Shown: positions 13,881 through 26,865 of the stretch, one piece after another
How the letters are laid out: every line of letters starts with the position of its first letter
Position numbering within the stretch: position 1 is the stretch's first letter
NCBI RefSeq assembly: GCF_001194135.2
Contig: NC_068994.1
Span: 44,358,710-44,422,709 of the forward strand
DNA from: Octopus bimaculoides
Taxonomy: Eukaryota
Reading direction: 5' to 3'
Length of the DNA: 64,000 nucleotides
Program-made: the position numbers and the translations under genes
Notes under the pieces: model-generated
What the model was told of the DNA's origin: nothing
The model's database searches: none
What the model saw: only the letters and a program-made list of their open reading frames with translations

Positions 13881-14559
13881 CAATACACCCACATGACTAC
13901 ACGTTTGATAAGGGTACACCAAGCACGTGCATCACAACCATATGTGCTCAACTGGTTAAGGTCATGCAAATGGTAAGCAAATCTGCAGTGTTGAGCAGAG
14001 CATTTGCTGTAGCCTATTTTTTATGCCAATACAAAACATGTGCACGATAATACTTCCAATCAGTTAAGATCAGAAACCAGGGGAGCCACTGTCTGGAATT
14101 GCATCAAAGAATGAGTTTTAACAGCATTTTCTTTTTCGAGATTTATTTTTATTTCAGCAGTTTTTAACTACTTCTTTTGGGGTATTATTTTGATCAGAAG
14201 GGTTTTTAATGTCTGTTAGTGGTCATGTGGCTTTTGCCAATCCTTGATTATCATGTCAGAAGAGTTTGCCTTGATCTCTTTGTCACTTTGGACAAACATA
14301 ACCCAGATGATTTTAGCCTGGTGGCTAAGTGTCCAGGTGGTCAGGTGGCCAGGTCATTGTCATGTGCTCTGTCTGGTACATATGTATACCATTTGTTGTC
14401 TGTTTTCACATCAAAGTGTTGGAATATTGCCCAGTGGATGTAGCTGCCAACTCAGTCATATCGGTGTATACATTCAGATTTGGCAAGGACTGAGCAGTCA
14501 AAGATGATGTGGTCAACTATCTCACTCTGCTTATTATTATCCTCCTCCTCCTCCTCCTC

Positions 14560-14602
<43 letters not shown>

Positions 14603-14605
14603 GTT

Positions 14606-14638
<33 letters not shown>

Positions 14639-14822
14639 ATAGCAGCAGCAGCATTTCTTCTAGTTCTTTATATTCTAAGTTCAAATGCAACCGAGGCCAA
14701 GTTTGCCTTTCATCTTTTTGAGTTTGATGAAATAAGTACCAAATGAGCACTGGAGTTGATGTAAAACCAACTCCCCCACACACCCCTCAAAACTGCTAAA
14801 CTTGTGCCAAAATTAGAAAGAA

Positions 14823-14873
<51 letters not shown>

Positions 14874-15135
14874 CTTTGTAGCACAGTGCAGTTAAAAATG
14901 CACTGGAGTCTTTAGTCATCTGTCAAGTCACAACAAGGACATCAGACAGATAATACTTTCCTTAAGATGTGTACTGTGCCCAATAAGGCTGCTTTTTGCA
15001 AGATGTCAATCTTGCATGGGATTTCCAGTTGCCTTAAGAAGTCTTGAAGTTTCAATGGGATTGAGCCCAACACTCCGATCACCACTGGTATCGCTTTTAC
15101 ATTTGATGGTGCAGAGTACTACATTGTTTGTTGTT

Positions 15136-15181
15136 AACACAACGTTTCAGCTGATATACCCTCCAGCCTTCATCAGGTGTC
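15136..15181 (-). ncRNA. Minimal type I hammerhead motif within a tRNA-headed SINE-like element
   Basis: Minus strand: GACAC-CTGATGA-A-GGCTG-GAGGGTATAT-CAGCT-GAAAC-GTT-GTGTT. Stem I ACAC/GTGT, palindromic ACGT stem III, GUU triplet, one extra A between A9 and stem II. Confidence 0.65.
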
Positions 15182-15228
15182 TTAGGGAAATTTCGAATCT
15201 GGGTTCTCATTCCTAAGGTATTTTTCAA

Positions 15229-15287
<59 letters not shown>

Positions 15288-15390
15288 TCACTGCCTGGCA
15301 TCGAATTTGGAATCTTGGGGTTAATAGCCCGCACTCTTAACCACTACGCCATATGGCGTAGTGGTTAAGAATGCAGGCTACTAACCCCAA

Positions 15391-15436
15391 GAAACCTGAT
15401 GAAGGCTGGAGGGTACATCAGCCGAAATGTTGTGTT
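15391..15436 (+). ncRNA. Second copy of the same hammerhead motif (two substitutions in stems I and III)
   Basis: GAAAC-CTGATGA-A-GGCTG-GAGGGTACAT-CAGCC-GAAAT-GTT-GTGTT; the inverted counterpart of 15136-15181. Confidence 0.55.
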
Positions 15437-18400
15437 AACAACAAACAAGATGAGGACAAATATCCATCAAATGTAAATAATGTAAATAATGTACAAAGCA
15501 TTTTGTTTCTCTTTTTACAGAATTTCCCAATCTATTGCTCTTGGTATCATTTATCTGTTACTCATTTCAGTTGTGGGGCTGCAGCCACCTTGAAGGGTTT
15601 AGTTGAACAAATCCACCCCATTATTTATTTTTTAAACTTGATACTTATTCTATCAGCCTCTTTTGCTGAACTGTTAAGTTTCAGAGATGTAAACAAACCA
15701 ACACTGGTTGTCAAACGATGCTGATGGGGCGGGGTACAAACACACACATACATACCTATATATATAACATAGTTTCTATCTATCAAATTCACTCACAGTG
15801 CATTGGTTGGCTCAGGTCTATAGTAATAGACATTTGCCCAAACTGCTGTGCAGTGGAACTGAATCTGAAACCATTTGGTTACAAAGTGAGCTTCTTAACC
15901 ACACAGCCATGTCTGCAAGAAATAATCATTTCCAATTTTGGTTTAAGGTGAGCAATTTGTTGGTGGAAAGTTAATTGATTTAATCATCCTCAGTATTTCA
16001 CTGGTACTTAATTGTATTGACCTCAGAGGGATAAAAGACAAAGCTGGTTTCAACAGGATTTGAATTGAGACATTATAAAAAGCTGGAACAAATTCCATAA
16101 GGTATTTCATCCAATGCTTTAATGATTGCATTAATCCACCATTCTTAACATCACAGAAAAAAATAGCAGCAATAACAAAACTTTCATTGTTTGAAACACC
16201 CCTTTCTATTTGCCAATCTCAGAATGGTATCCAAACATTCTAGAGTTATACAAAGCTTGAGAAAAATAAAGTTTTAAGTCAATAATGGAAAGTAATGTTT
16301 CCCATTTCTGTTTGAGATCCAAGCAAGGCAAACAATATATACATCCACTTAAGTAACTGAGGCTTAAACCAGTACTGAGTAAGAATGTAAATGATTTTGG
16401 GGAGATTACTGGAAGGAATCAATCAATTAAGAAGGAACCAAATTTATGATACTTGAAATAAAAGACAAAAAAAAATTATAAAGATATCAATATATGCAAA
16501 TTATACCAGTAATTAAGCCATTATTACATGCTGTGTTAATGTGATGAGCTAGCAGAGTATTTAGCATGCTGGACAAAATGGTTAACAGTATTTCACCCAA
16601 CACTACATTCTGAGTTCAAATTTTGATATCAGGTGGGAAAATGTGAAAAATCCTGTGAATTTAGTGAGACTAAGAGAAAGCTAATCAACAGTGGATATTC
16701 TATCATTAATTAATGTTACTGAGGCAGTGACTGAAGTAGTTGTGATTATAGAGAGCATTATCTCTGCAACTGATTGTCTGGAAGATTTCTGATCTCTGAT
16801 ATATTACAGCATGCTGCCTAGAACTTAGTGTCATGTGTTCTAGATTATCTAGGGACAAGTGTAATCAGCATTTCACTGAAGGTTAACTTGTCAGGAACTT
16901 TCTAGAATTTTATAGAATGTTCATTTATCTAAAATATGTGATTAGTTTATTTCAAGTAAAATATTGCTGCGTTATTGTATAAACAGAAGCTGCTCCCAAT
17001 TTGGTGTGAAGGCTGAATGTATAGCAGGACTGAATAAACATGCTATTATGTTACCCAAAAGAACTGGGACATTTTCTGGTAACATCAATGCTACTAAGCA
17101 CCACCACAAGGAGTGCTGTTGTTGAAAGGTACCAAAAATCACTGTGATTTCTGGTGGACGGCTGATGAAGGGAATTTCCCTTAGTGTAAGATGTATGTAA
17201 AATAAGGATGTAAATGACGTAGATAATATTAGTGTGCATAGAACAGAAATGGAATCTGACAGTTTAGGCTTTCTCATAATGGTGACTTATGAGATGTTGG
17301 TGGTACCTCCACTAATGAACAGCCACTTTTTAGAATGTAACTGTACTGGAACCACAAATCGTCTTCATTCATTCTCATAGTCAACTGGCAGTATAGTGAC
17401 AGGAGAGGTAAACAATGTAAGTTTCCTGTCTCCCTCAGTGTTATTAGCAATAAAATGAAATGGTTTTAGACAAAAATTTGAATCATATTTCAAATTCATT
17501 TCATCAGGGGTTTACCTCAACTCTATAAAGGTTTATTTTTAATGGTTTGATCAGAAATAGAAAATATCTATCAGGGCTTCCATGAGGTGTTTCAGCTTCA
17601 TAGAGAATAATGCCTTTATTTTTCCATAAGCACTAAGATTCTACATATACCCAGAAGAAGACAAGTTTTGTTGACTTTGAAATATTTGATTACCAGATGT
17701 TTTGAAGCATGTTAGGCAATCCCTTACATGTCATAAAGTTAAAAACACAGGACCCAAAATGTCTGAATTCACTGACTTCCTTGGATTGATGTTGGAATAA
17801 ATTATCAGGTGGCTTTCATTCTCATTGATGGTCTTGCACTCAATCTTGTTTGCATTGTGAGAACCAGACCAACATTGGCCAAAGTACCTCTCAGTTGCAG
17901 CAACTTGAAAAAGAAAAAACTGAAGGGGTGAATTATCCTCAGACTAGAGACATGGCCCAAATACTTACAACAGAGCAGATTCTGCTAAAGATGACCAACG
18001 ACCATTTAGTAGTGTTGAAATAAGCAACAGATTAAGTCTACTATCCACTGCTTAAAAAAAATGCACAGTTGAAAGTCAAACTTAGAAAAATTTCAATGTA
18101 GAAATTTGCAACTTCATGAATGAAAAAATATATATTCTTATTGCATGTGATTTTGTTCAATATTAGTTACAATTTTTTTTGTTTTTAGTTTAAAAGAAAA
18201 AAATTATTGGTTTTCAAAAATTGATTATAGAAGCAATTGAAAGTGTTACTTATAAGAACTATATAGTCTTTATCAATGTTAAACACAACTCCTATGTTAG
18301 AAAGCTAATCAAGTACCCCATGAATAAAATAAACAGCTGTGTTTTATATAGTTTGTGATAAGCTTCATAGAGTGGAATATTCAAGTTAGCTCCCAGCATA

Positions 18401-20496
18401 CCAAGTCTATGACACAGGTTTTTTTTTGTGGATTTTTTTTTTTTTTTCCTGAGTTGTAGCTGATTCCATGTACATCATCGCAGTTCTTGAGAAATGCATG
18501 TTGCAATACAATTCCCATTTCTTTTGAATCTAAAATCAACAGAGCTGATCCTGTACTGACAGAGGCTTTTGATCGCATAAAGGTCTAGCAATTGACTCTA
18601 TTTATTGGACTTGTACATGGGATAAATAAATAAATAAATAAATAATACCATTATCTTTTATATGATTTAGAAAGGAAAAAAGCTAAAAGTAACAGACATT
18701 GATTTTTATTAGAAAATACAAATATGAACAAACTACATATTTTATTTGAAGCCATTTTTTTGCTTTCTATGAAAGCTTTTATTTGTTTGAATTGCTTCAA
18801 ATAAAACAGCAATCAGATTTTAGTTTTTGTGGGGCTTGTTCCTTAAAATTTATATAAATTCTCAACAGAATCCAATATTACTTTGCTAATACATTGGAAT
18901 CTATTTTAATGAACCTACATTAATAATCAGTATAATCTTTTATCGGTAAAACACTGGTAGCAATGCTTTTATGCCACGCAGTATGGGGTTTTGACTTCTA
19001 TATGGATTTTTTGGCGTTCAATTATCGGATAAGCTAATGACTTCGCCGTATTTAATTATTATTTTTTGATAACATATTGGTTAATTGATGTATTTGGGTC
19101 AATTAAATCAACGTTTCCCAGAGTTATTACTATGTACTATTAATATATTCAGCTGAAATAGTAGAGGAACAGACTAGCTGATTTATTTGCCAACAACCTT
19201 TCTGGCAACTATATATTCTCTCCCTCTCTCTTTCTCTCTCACTTTCTCTCACTCTCTCTTTCTCTCACTCTCTCTTTCTCTCACTTCCTTTCAAACAAAA
19301 GACAAGAGCCCAAAGCCTTACATTTTTCACCCCCATCACAGCAATTAAACTTATTAAATTTTTACATAAACTCCCCATATGTATATTAATTATTATCACT
19401 TCAGACCACAACCTGTTTCCATGGATTCCAGATGTTACTCAAGTTAATTTATACATTCTAATTTTTATGCCTCATTATCTGAAGTTCAAACTCTATTGAG
19501 ACCAATTTCACCTTTCAACTTTCCTTAGTAAATAAGAATAATATCAGTAAGTTGTGGGGAAGGGGGCAGAAAAATGACATTTTATCTGGGAGAGAAACTA
19601 CATATTTTTTTCTAGTTTTTTTTTTTTTTTAACTCTCAGACAAAAGAAGAGTTCATAAGCATTCAGTCCTTTTCCTCTCCTGCAGAATACAATCCTATCC
19701 AAACTCACAAACTATCATTATTTTTAACCACAGGCCACCCCAAGTTTTCTTATATTCCATCAGCAATTCTTTTATTCTTTTACTTGCTTCAGTCATTTGA
19801 CTGTGGCCATGCTGGAGCACTACCTTGTAGTTGAAAAAATTAACCCCAGGACTTATTCTTTGTAAGCCTGATACTTATTCTATCAGTCGTTTTTGCTGGA
19901 CTGTCAAGTTATAAGGACATAAACACACCAACATCAGTTGTCAAGCAATGGTAGTGGGGGACATACACAGACACAAAGACACATGCACATATATATACAT
20001 ATATATATCTGACAGGCTTCTTTTCAGTTTCTGTCTACTAAATCTATTCACAAGACTTTGGTCAGCCTGAGGCTATAGTAGAAGACATATATATATACAC
20101 AAATATTCTATAATTATAAACATAATTATAATTAGGGGTCAGCTAATTGCTTCACGACACATAAAATTTAGAATAGGAGTTAAAATGTCATACCCAAGGT
20201 GCCACACAGTGGGACTGAACCTAGAACCATATGGTTGGGAAGCAAGCTTCTTACCACACAGCCACTCCTGCGCCTATATATATTGACTGCGACCATGCTG
20301 GAGCACCACCTTTTAGTCAAACAAGTCGCCCCCCCCCAGGACTTATTCTTCGTAAGTCTAGTACTTATTGTATTGGTCTCTTTTGCCGAACTGTTAAGTT
20401 GTGGGATGTAAACACACCAACATCAGTTGTCAAGTGATGATGGGGGTTACAAACACAGAGACACAAACATACTCACACACATATATATACATATAT

Positions 20497-20553
<57 letters not shown>

Positions 20554-21202
20554 NNNNNNNNNNNNNNNNNNNNNNNNNNNNNNNNNNNNNNNNNNNNNNN
20601 NNNNNNNNNNNNNNNNNNNNNNNNNNNNNNNNNNNNNNNNNNNNNNNNNNNNNNNNNNNNNNNNNNNNNNNNNNNNNNNNNNNNNNNNNNNNNNNNNNNN
20701 NNNNNNNNNNNNNNNNNNNNNNNNNNNNNNNNNNNNNNNNNNNNNNNNNNNNNNNNNNNNNNNNNNNNNNNNNNNNNNNATATATATATATATATATATA
20801 TACGACTGGCTTCTTTCAGTTTCCGTCTACCAAATCCACTCACAAGGCTTTGGTCGACCAGAGGTTATAGAAGAAGACACTTGCCCAAGGTGTCACACAG
20901 TGGGACTGAACCCGGAACCATGTGGTTGGTAAGCAAAGTACTTACCACACAGCCACATATGCATATGATAGTCTTTTCCAAACTTTCTCTTCCCTATGCC
21001 TATTATTTTGATCCCTAACTTGACTACATCATTTTGCTATTAGTCACCAGCATTTTGTATCAGCTACTAGCATTTCTATCATTCATTAATATTTTCTGTC
21101 AGTCATCAATATTTTCCATTATTTATTCATTTAAATTTTTTTCCTGTATTTTCACTCTCTATAATCCCATTCTTACAACTTACTTTTTTCTTTTAATGGC
21201 TT

Positions 21203-21273
<71 letters not shown>

Positions 21274-21476
21274 ACAGCAATAGCTGTAGCAGCAATATTA
21301 GTAGTAGTAGTTGTAGTAGTAGCAGCAGCAGCAGCAGCAGCAACAGTAGTAGCTGTAGCAACAATAGTAGTAGTAGTAGTTGTAGTAGCAGCAGCAGCAG
21401 CAACAGCAGTAGCTGTAGCAGCAACAGTAGTAGTAGTTGTAGTAGCAGCAACAACAGCAGTAGCTGTAGCAGCAAC

Positions 21477-21511
<35 letters not shown>

Positions 21512-21538
21512 CAGCAGCAGCAGCAGCAACAGCAGCAG
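21203..21538. repeat. Mosaic (GTA)n/(GCA)n trinucleotide array
   Basis: Alternating GTA, GCA and ACA blocks with a higher-order unit ...GCAACAGCAGTAGCTGTAGCA... Confidence 0.95.
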
Positions 21539-21743
21539 GACCTTTTTCTCAGTTTCTGTCTGGTGAGAGTATGAGTGGAAGATATCCTCAGACCAGAGAC
21601 CTGTCCCGAATGCTAGCAATAGAACAGATACAACTAAAGACATCTAATGGACCAGTGACAATGTTAAGCAGGGCAACTGATTAATCTATCACCTAAGAAC
21701 AGGAACAGTCCTTCTCATGAGCTTCCAAACAGTTTCTTATTTC

Positions 21744-22012
21744 TTTACTGCCCACAAGGGGCTACACACAGAGGGGACAAACAAGGACAGACAAACGGAT
21801 TAAGTCGATTATATCAACCCCAGTGTGTAACTGGTGCTTATTTAATCAACCCCGAAAGGATGAAAGGCAAAGTCGACCTCGGTGGAATTTGAACTCAGAA
21901 CGTAGCAGCAGATGAAATACCGCTAAGCATTTCGCCTGGCATGCTAACATTTCTGCCAGCTCACCGTCTTAACTTCGCCTGGCATGCTAACATTTCTGCA
22001 AGCTCGCCACCA
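21744..22012 (-). mobile_element. tRNA-headed SINE, third family (other copies ~3060-3750+, 4735-4950+, 5200-5340+, 14680-14820+, 15960-16135-)
   Basis: Head GGTGAGCTGGCAGAA...TTAGCA...GAGTTCAAATTCC, body TTTGCCTTTCATCCTTTCGGGGTTGATTAAATAAGCACCAG. Confidence 0.8.
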
Positions 22013-22649
22013 AGCTTCCAAACAGTTTCTGTCAACCAAATGTCATTCATAAGGCTTTAGTCAACCTGAGGCTATGGTTAAAAATGCTAAACTTGTTGCA
22101 AATTTATTAACCACACACCAATACTCACTTTCAGGTATCATCAAAGGCATATGGATCCTAAATATATTCTTTGATTATTATGAAAGTTCATCATCATCAT
22201 CATCGTTTAACGTCTGTTTTCCATGCTGTCATGGGTTGAATGGTTTGACTGGAGGACTGGCAAGCCAGGAGGCTGTGCCAAGCTCCAATCTGATCTGGCA
22301 AGGTCTCCACAGCTGGATGCCCTTCTTAATGCCAACCACGAGTGTAGTGCTTTTTATGTGCCACCAGCATTGGAGCCAATCAGATGGCACCGGCATTAAC
22401 CACATTCAGATGGTGCTTTTTACGTACCACTGGCACAGGTGCCAGTCTGGTGGTACTGGTATTGGCCACAACTACAATTTCCATTTTGATTTCGATCTTG
22501 ATTTGCTGTTGATTCTGATTTTTCATTTTTGATTTTTTCTGGATATATATAAATATGAGACAGTTGTGACTGACATATCTTTGATCATAGCCCCACTCAA
22601 TCAGGGCTGGCTTGGGACTAAGTAATAACAATGATAACAAAGGATGGTA

Positions 22650-23120
22650 TGAAATGTGACAACTGATGTATGTTATGATAATTTGTGTGTACTTTTATAT
22701 TTAGTGAGATGTGAATACTAACATATGTTATGACAAGATATGAATCTTAGTGCACTTCATGAGATATGCTGACTGTTGTACTCTCTGATATCTGACTACT
22801 GATGTACTTTATGAGATATGACTGCTAATGTTATGATATGATAATATGATTACTAATGTACGTTATGGTAAGATATGACTACTGAAGAGTTATGAGATGT
22901 GATAACTAATGAGACGTGATGACTAATGAGATGTGATGACTAATGAGATGCTGAGTTATGTCATAATGAGATGTAACAGCTAGTGTTTTTTTTAGGGTAA
23001 GATGTGATTATTGAAATCTGTTACAATGAGATGTAACTACTGATGTAGTAATTATGAATCGTGGCTGCTGATGTATATTACGATGAGATGTAAACACTAA
23101 TGTATGTTATAATTAAATGT
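22650..23120. repeat. Diverged minisatellite (ATGAGATGTGA(T/C)TACTGATGT-like units)
   Basis: Recurrent GAGATGTGA/GAGATATGA and ACTACTGATGT/ACTAATG motifs at ~20-40 bp spacing. Confidence 0.65.
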
Positions 23121-23529
23121 GATGACTGATTTTAATTTCAAGAAAAGCCCTTCTTTGGAGAGGAAAAATTGCTTCAGAATTTGGCACAAGTACTCTGACG
23201 GTATTTTTGATGTGGATGTTAATACAACAGGACCAATATGTTGTAACTATGTTTGGCACATCGTACCCTGTTGGCATGAGAAATATACATTGGTTAATGA
23301 AATCTTAGATACACAAAGACATTCCAACCATGACCATTATTTTCAGACTTATAGCATACCTCAAACAACACTATCCAAAGTGCCGTTTTATAAGAGGGAG
23401 GGATATAATTTGAGATTGGGCCTTGATTCTATGATACAATTACAAACTTTTTTTCTTTTTTTGAATTAATCTGGATTAAACCTTACTTCAAATTTTCCTG
23501 TTAATTTGTGTTTCAAACACCCAATTAAT

Positions 23530-24470
23530 AATTGCTTCAAATTTTGGCACAATTCCAGCAAATTTGTGGGGAGAAAATTAACCAATTACAGTGACCCCAG
23601 TACTTGACTGATATTTTATTTTATCGACCCCACCACAAAAAAAAAAAAAGGATGAAAGACTAAGCTGACCTCGGTGGGATTTGAACTCAGCACATAAAGA
23701 GCCAGAAGAAATACTGCTAAGCATTTTGTCTGATGTAGTGATAACTGTTAGCTCACCGCCTGTAATAATAATAATAATAATGATTTCAAATTTTGGGGAG
23801 GGATTCAGTCAATTACATTAACCCCAGTGTTTAACTGGTATTTATTTTATTGCCCCCCCCCCCCAAAAAAGGATGAAAAGCAAAGTCAGCCTTGGCAGAA
23901 TTTGAACTCAGAACATAAACTTTGAACAAAATGCTGTTAGGCATTTTGCCCCGTGTGCCAACAATTCTGCCAGCTTACCACCCTAAAAATAATAATAATA
24001 ATAATAATAATCCTTTCTACTATAGGCACAAAGCCCGAAATTTTGTGGGGAGGTCACAAGTCAATTACATCGACCCCAGTGTTTCACTGGTACTTAATTT
24101 ATAGACTTCAAAAGGATGAATGGCAAAGTCAACCTCGGCGGAATTTGAACCCAGAATGTAAAGACGGACAAAATACTGCTAAACATTTTGCCTGGCATGC
24201 TAATGATTCAGCCAGCTCACTGCCTTAATAATAATAATTATAGTAATAACAACAATCCCTTCTACTATTGAAATAATGCCTGAAATTTTGAGGGAGAGGG
24301 CTAGTCAATTACGTTGACCCCAGTGTTCAGCTGGTACCTATTCCATCAAAACTGATGAAAGATGAAAGGGAAAGTTTGACCTCATCAGGATATGAACTCC
24401 GAACATAAAGAGCAGGGAAAAATGCTATTGAGCATTTTGCCTGATACGCTTGTGATTTTGCCAGATGTCT
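23530..24470 (-). repeat. Head-to-tail array of four SINE units separated by (AAT)n
   Basis: Units at ~23530-23760, 23780-23985, 24010-24225 and 24255-24470, each with GACCCCAGT...CTGGTA...GGATGAA...GACCTC...GAACTC...GCATTTTG. Confidence 0.75.
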
Positions 24471-25604
24471 GCTTTACACTAGATTAATAATGACAAAGTT
24501 ATTTTATTAGAGTTTTCATTATTTTCAAAATTAATTCAAACAAATGGCAGTGTGTTCCAACAAAGATACAGCAACCAAAGAGTTAATGATTCGTTATCTT
24601 TCTCAACACTGATGATTACCACCCTGACAGGTTCTTAATTTCTTGTTCATTCTATGTAGTAAAAAAGACTCCCTGTGATTGCAGTGGAGGCTCCCTTTTT
24701 GACTCACATGACTCCCTCTTTGAATTAAGAAGCTCCTTCTTCACGGGTGGCAGCTTCACTATTACCGCCGCCACAGTAATTCTCTATATATTTCATAACT
24801 CAATAAAACAGAGTTCAAACTCCCTATGAACCACTTACCTGTTTCACCCAATTCTATCACCTGTGCATGCCAAAAACAAACAAACAAAATATATATAAAT
24901 ATATTTGATCAAAATTATTGAATGAGTATATGAACCATCATCATAACCATTATTGCCATTTTCATTACCGCCATCATCATTACTGGAACCGTTATTGTTT
25001 TTGCCTTCATTGTTATTGCCATTATTATCAGTCTACTTCATCCATTGTACTCACTTCAACTATTGATTGGAATCTAATTATAGAATTTTTATATATATAT
25101 TTCACCAAATTGTTAACAGCTTGGTGTAGACCTTGTGTGAATTTATAGAAGAAACAGTGTAGCATTCTTTACTGGTTGAAGGTGAGTCCTTTCCATGCCA
25201 GGGAAAGAGGTGAGTGTTTTCCATGCAATCAACAACACTTTCACTATGCCATTCTAACTAAATTTATTAACACTGTACTAATTAATGCTATAGCAATCCA
25301 ACAAAAGTCTCATTTCTATTCATATATACAGCTTTGCCAAAAACCAAGCCAATATTAAACACAGAAATACCAGAGTGTAAAATCCATACAATAGATTGCT
25401 TTTAAGCAAGGAAATCTAATAGCCTTTTTATGGTTAATTATAATTATCAATTTTATGGGTTAGTCAGAATAGAAGGGGTAGTGTATATAACCTTTATCAA
25501 GGCTTTTGTATGAATGGTGGGCAGAAGTTATCCTCAGACCAGTGACCTAGTCCAAATATATATATATACACAAACACACACACATATATACATACATACA
25601 TACT

Positions 25605-25645
<41 letters not shown>

Positions 25646-26620
25646 ATATATATATATATATATATATANNNNNNNNNNNNNNNNNNNNNNNNNNNNNNNN
25701 NNNNNNNNNNNNNNNNNNNNNNNNNNNNNNNNNNNNNNNNNNNNNNNNNNNNNNNNNNNNNNNNNNNNNNNNNNNNNNNNNNNNNNNNNNNNNNNNNNNN
25801 NNNNNNNNNNNNNNNNNNNNNNNNNNNNNNNNNNNNNNNNNNNNNNNNNNNNNNNNNNNNNNNNNNNNNNNNNNNNNNNNNNNNNNNNNNNNNNNNNNNN
25901 NNNNNNNNNNNNNNNNNNNNNNNNNNNNNNNNNNNNNNNNNNNNNNNNNNNNNNNNNNNNNNNNNNNNNNNNNNNNNNNNNNNNNNNNNNNNNNNNNNNN
26001 NNNNNNNNNNNNNNNNNNNNNNNNNNNNNNNNNNNNNNNNNNNNNNNNNNNNNNNNNNNNNNNNNNNNNNNNNNNNNNNNNNNNNNNNNNNNNNNNNNNN
26101 NNNNNNNNNNNNNNNNNNNNNNNNNNNNNNNNNNNNNNNNNNNNNNNNNNNNNNNNNNNNNNNNNNNNNNNNNNNNNNNNNNNNNNNNNNNNNNNNNNNN
26201 NNNNNNNNNNNNNNNNNNNNNNNNNNNNNNNNNNNNNNNNNNNNNNNNNNNNNNNNNNNNNNNNNNNNNNNNNNNNNNNNNNNNNNNNNNNNNNNNNNNN
26301 NNNNNNNNNNNNNNNNNNNNNNNNNNNNNNNNNNNNNNNNNNNNNNNNNNNNNNNNNNNNNNNNNNNNNNNNNNNNNNNNNNNNNNNNNNNNNNNNNNNN
26401 NNNNNNNNNNNNNNNNNNNNNNNNNNNNNNNNNNNNNNNNNNNNNNNNNNNNNNNNNNNNNNNNNNNNNNNNNNNNNNNNNNNNNNNNNNNNNNNNNNNN
26501 NNNNNNNNNNNNNNNNNNNNNNNNNNNNNNNNNNNNNNNNNNNNNNNNNNNNNNNNTATATATATATATATATATATAAATGTGTGTGTGTGTGTGTGTG
26601 TGTGTGTATACGTATATATT

Positions 26621-26865
26621 CCCTTCGATAACATCGGTGGCTTCCTCTCTCCATGCCACCGATGTTATCCAAGGGAAAAGCAAAGACCGATACAGATTGG
26701 CACCAGTGACATCACAACTCATTTCTACAGCTGACAGAACCTGGGCAAGATGAAATAAAGTATCTTGCTCAAGAACACAACATGCAGCCTGGTCCGGAAA
26801 TAGAACTCACAACCTCACAGTTGTAAGCTCGATGCTCTAACCACAGAGCCATGCACCTTCACATG
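26621..26865 (-). mobile_element. tRNA-derived SINE with a 21-bp hairpin at its 3' end
   Basis: Minus head GGTGCATGGCTCTGTGGTTAGAGCATCGAG...GAGTTCTATTTCC, CORE-like GTTCTTGAGCAAGATACTT; hairpin CCCTTCGATAACATCGGTGGC/GCCACCGATGTTATCCAAGGG at 26621-26675. Confidence 0.6.

Larger units (their letters stand above)
15119..15494. mobile_element. Head-to-head pair of tRNA-headed, hammerhead-bearing SINE-like elements (left copy - strand, near full length; right copy + strand, internally deleted)
   Basis: Palindrome CTTAACCACTACGCCAT|ATGGCGTAGTGGTTAAG centred at 15352/15353. A-box TGGCGTAGTGG, tRNA-like arm GGCTA(T/C)TAACC, internal (AAT)n, hammerhead near the 3' end, and an (AATGTAAAT)n tail at 15470-15494. 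Confidence 0.7.

Noticed and set aside
14050-14110. Faint 5S rRNA-like similarity on the minus strand
   Set aside because: Too short and diverged to call an rRNA gene or pseudogene.
21034-21684. 216-aa Val/Ala-rich ORF and antisense Leu-rich ORF
   Set aside because: Derived from the (GTA)/(GCA) array; no domain signature.
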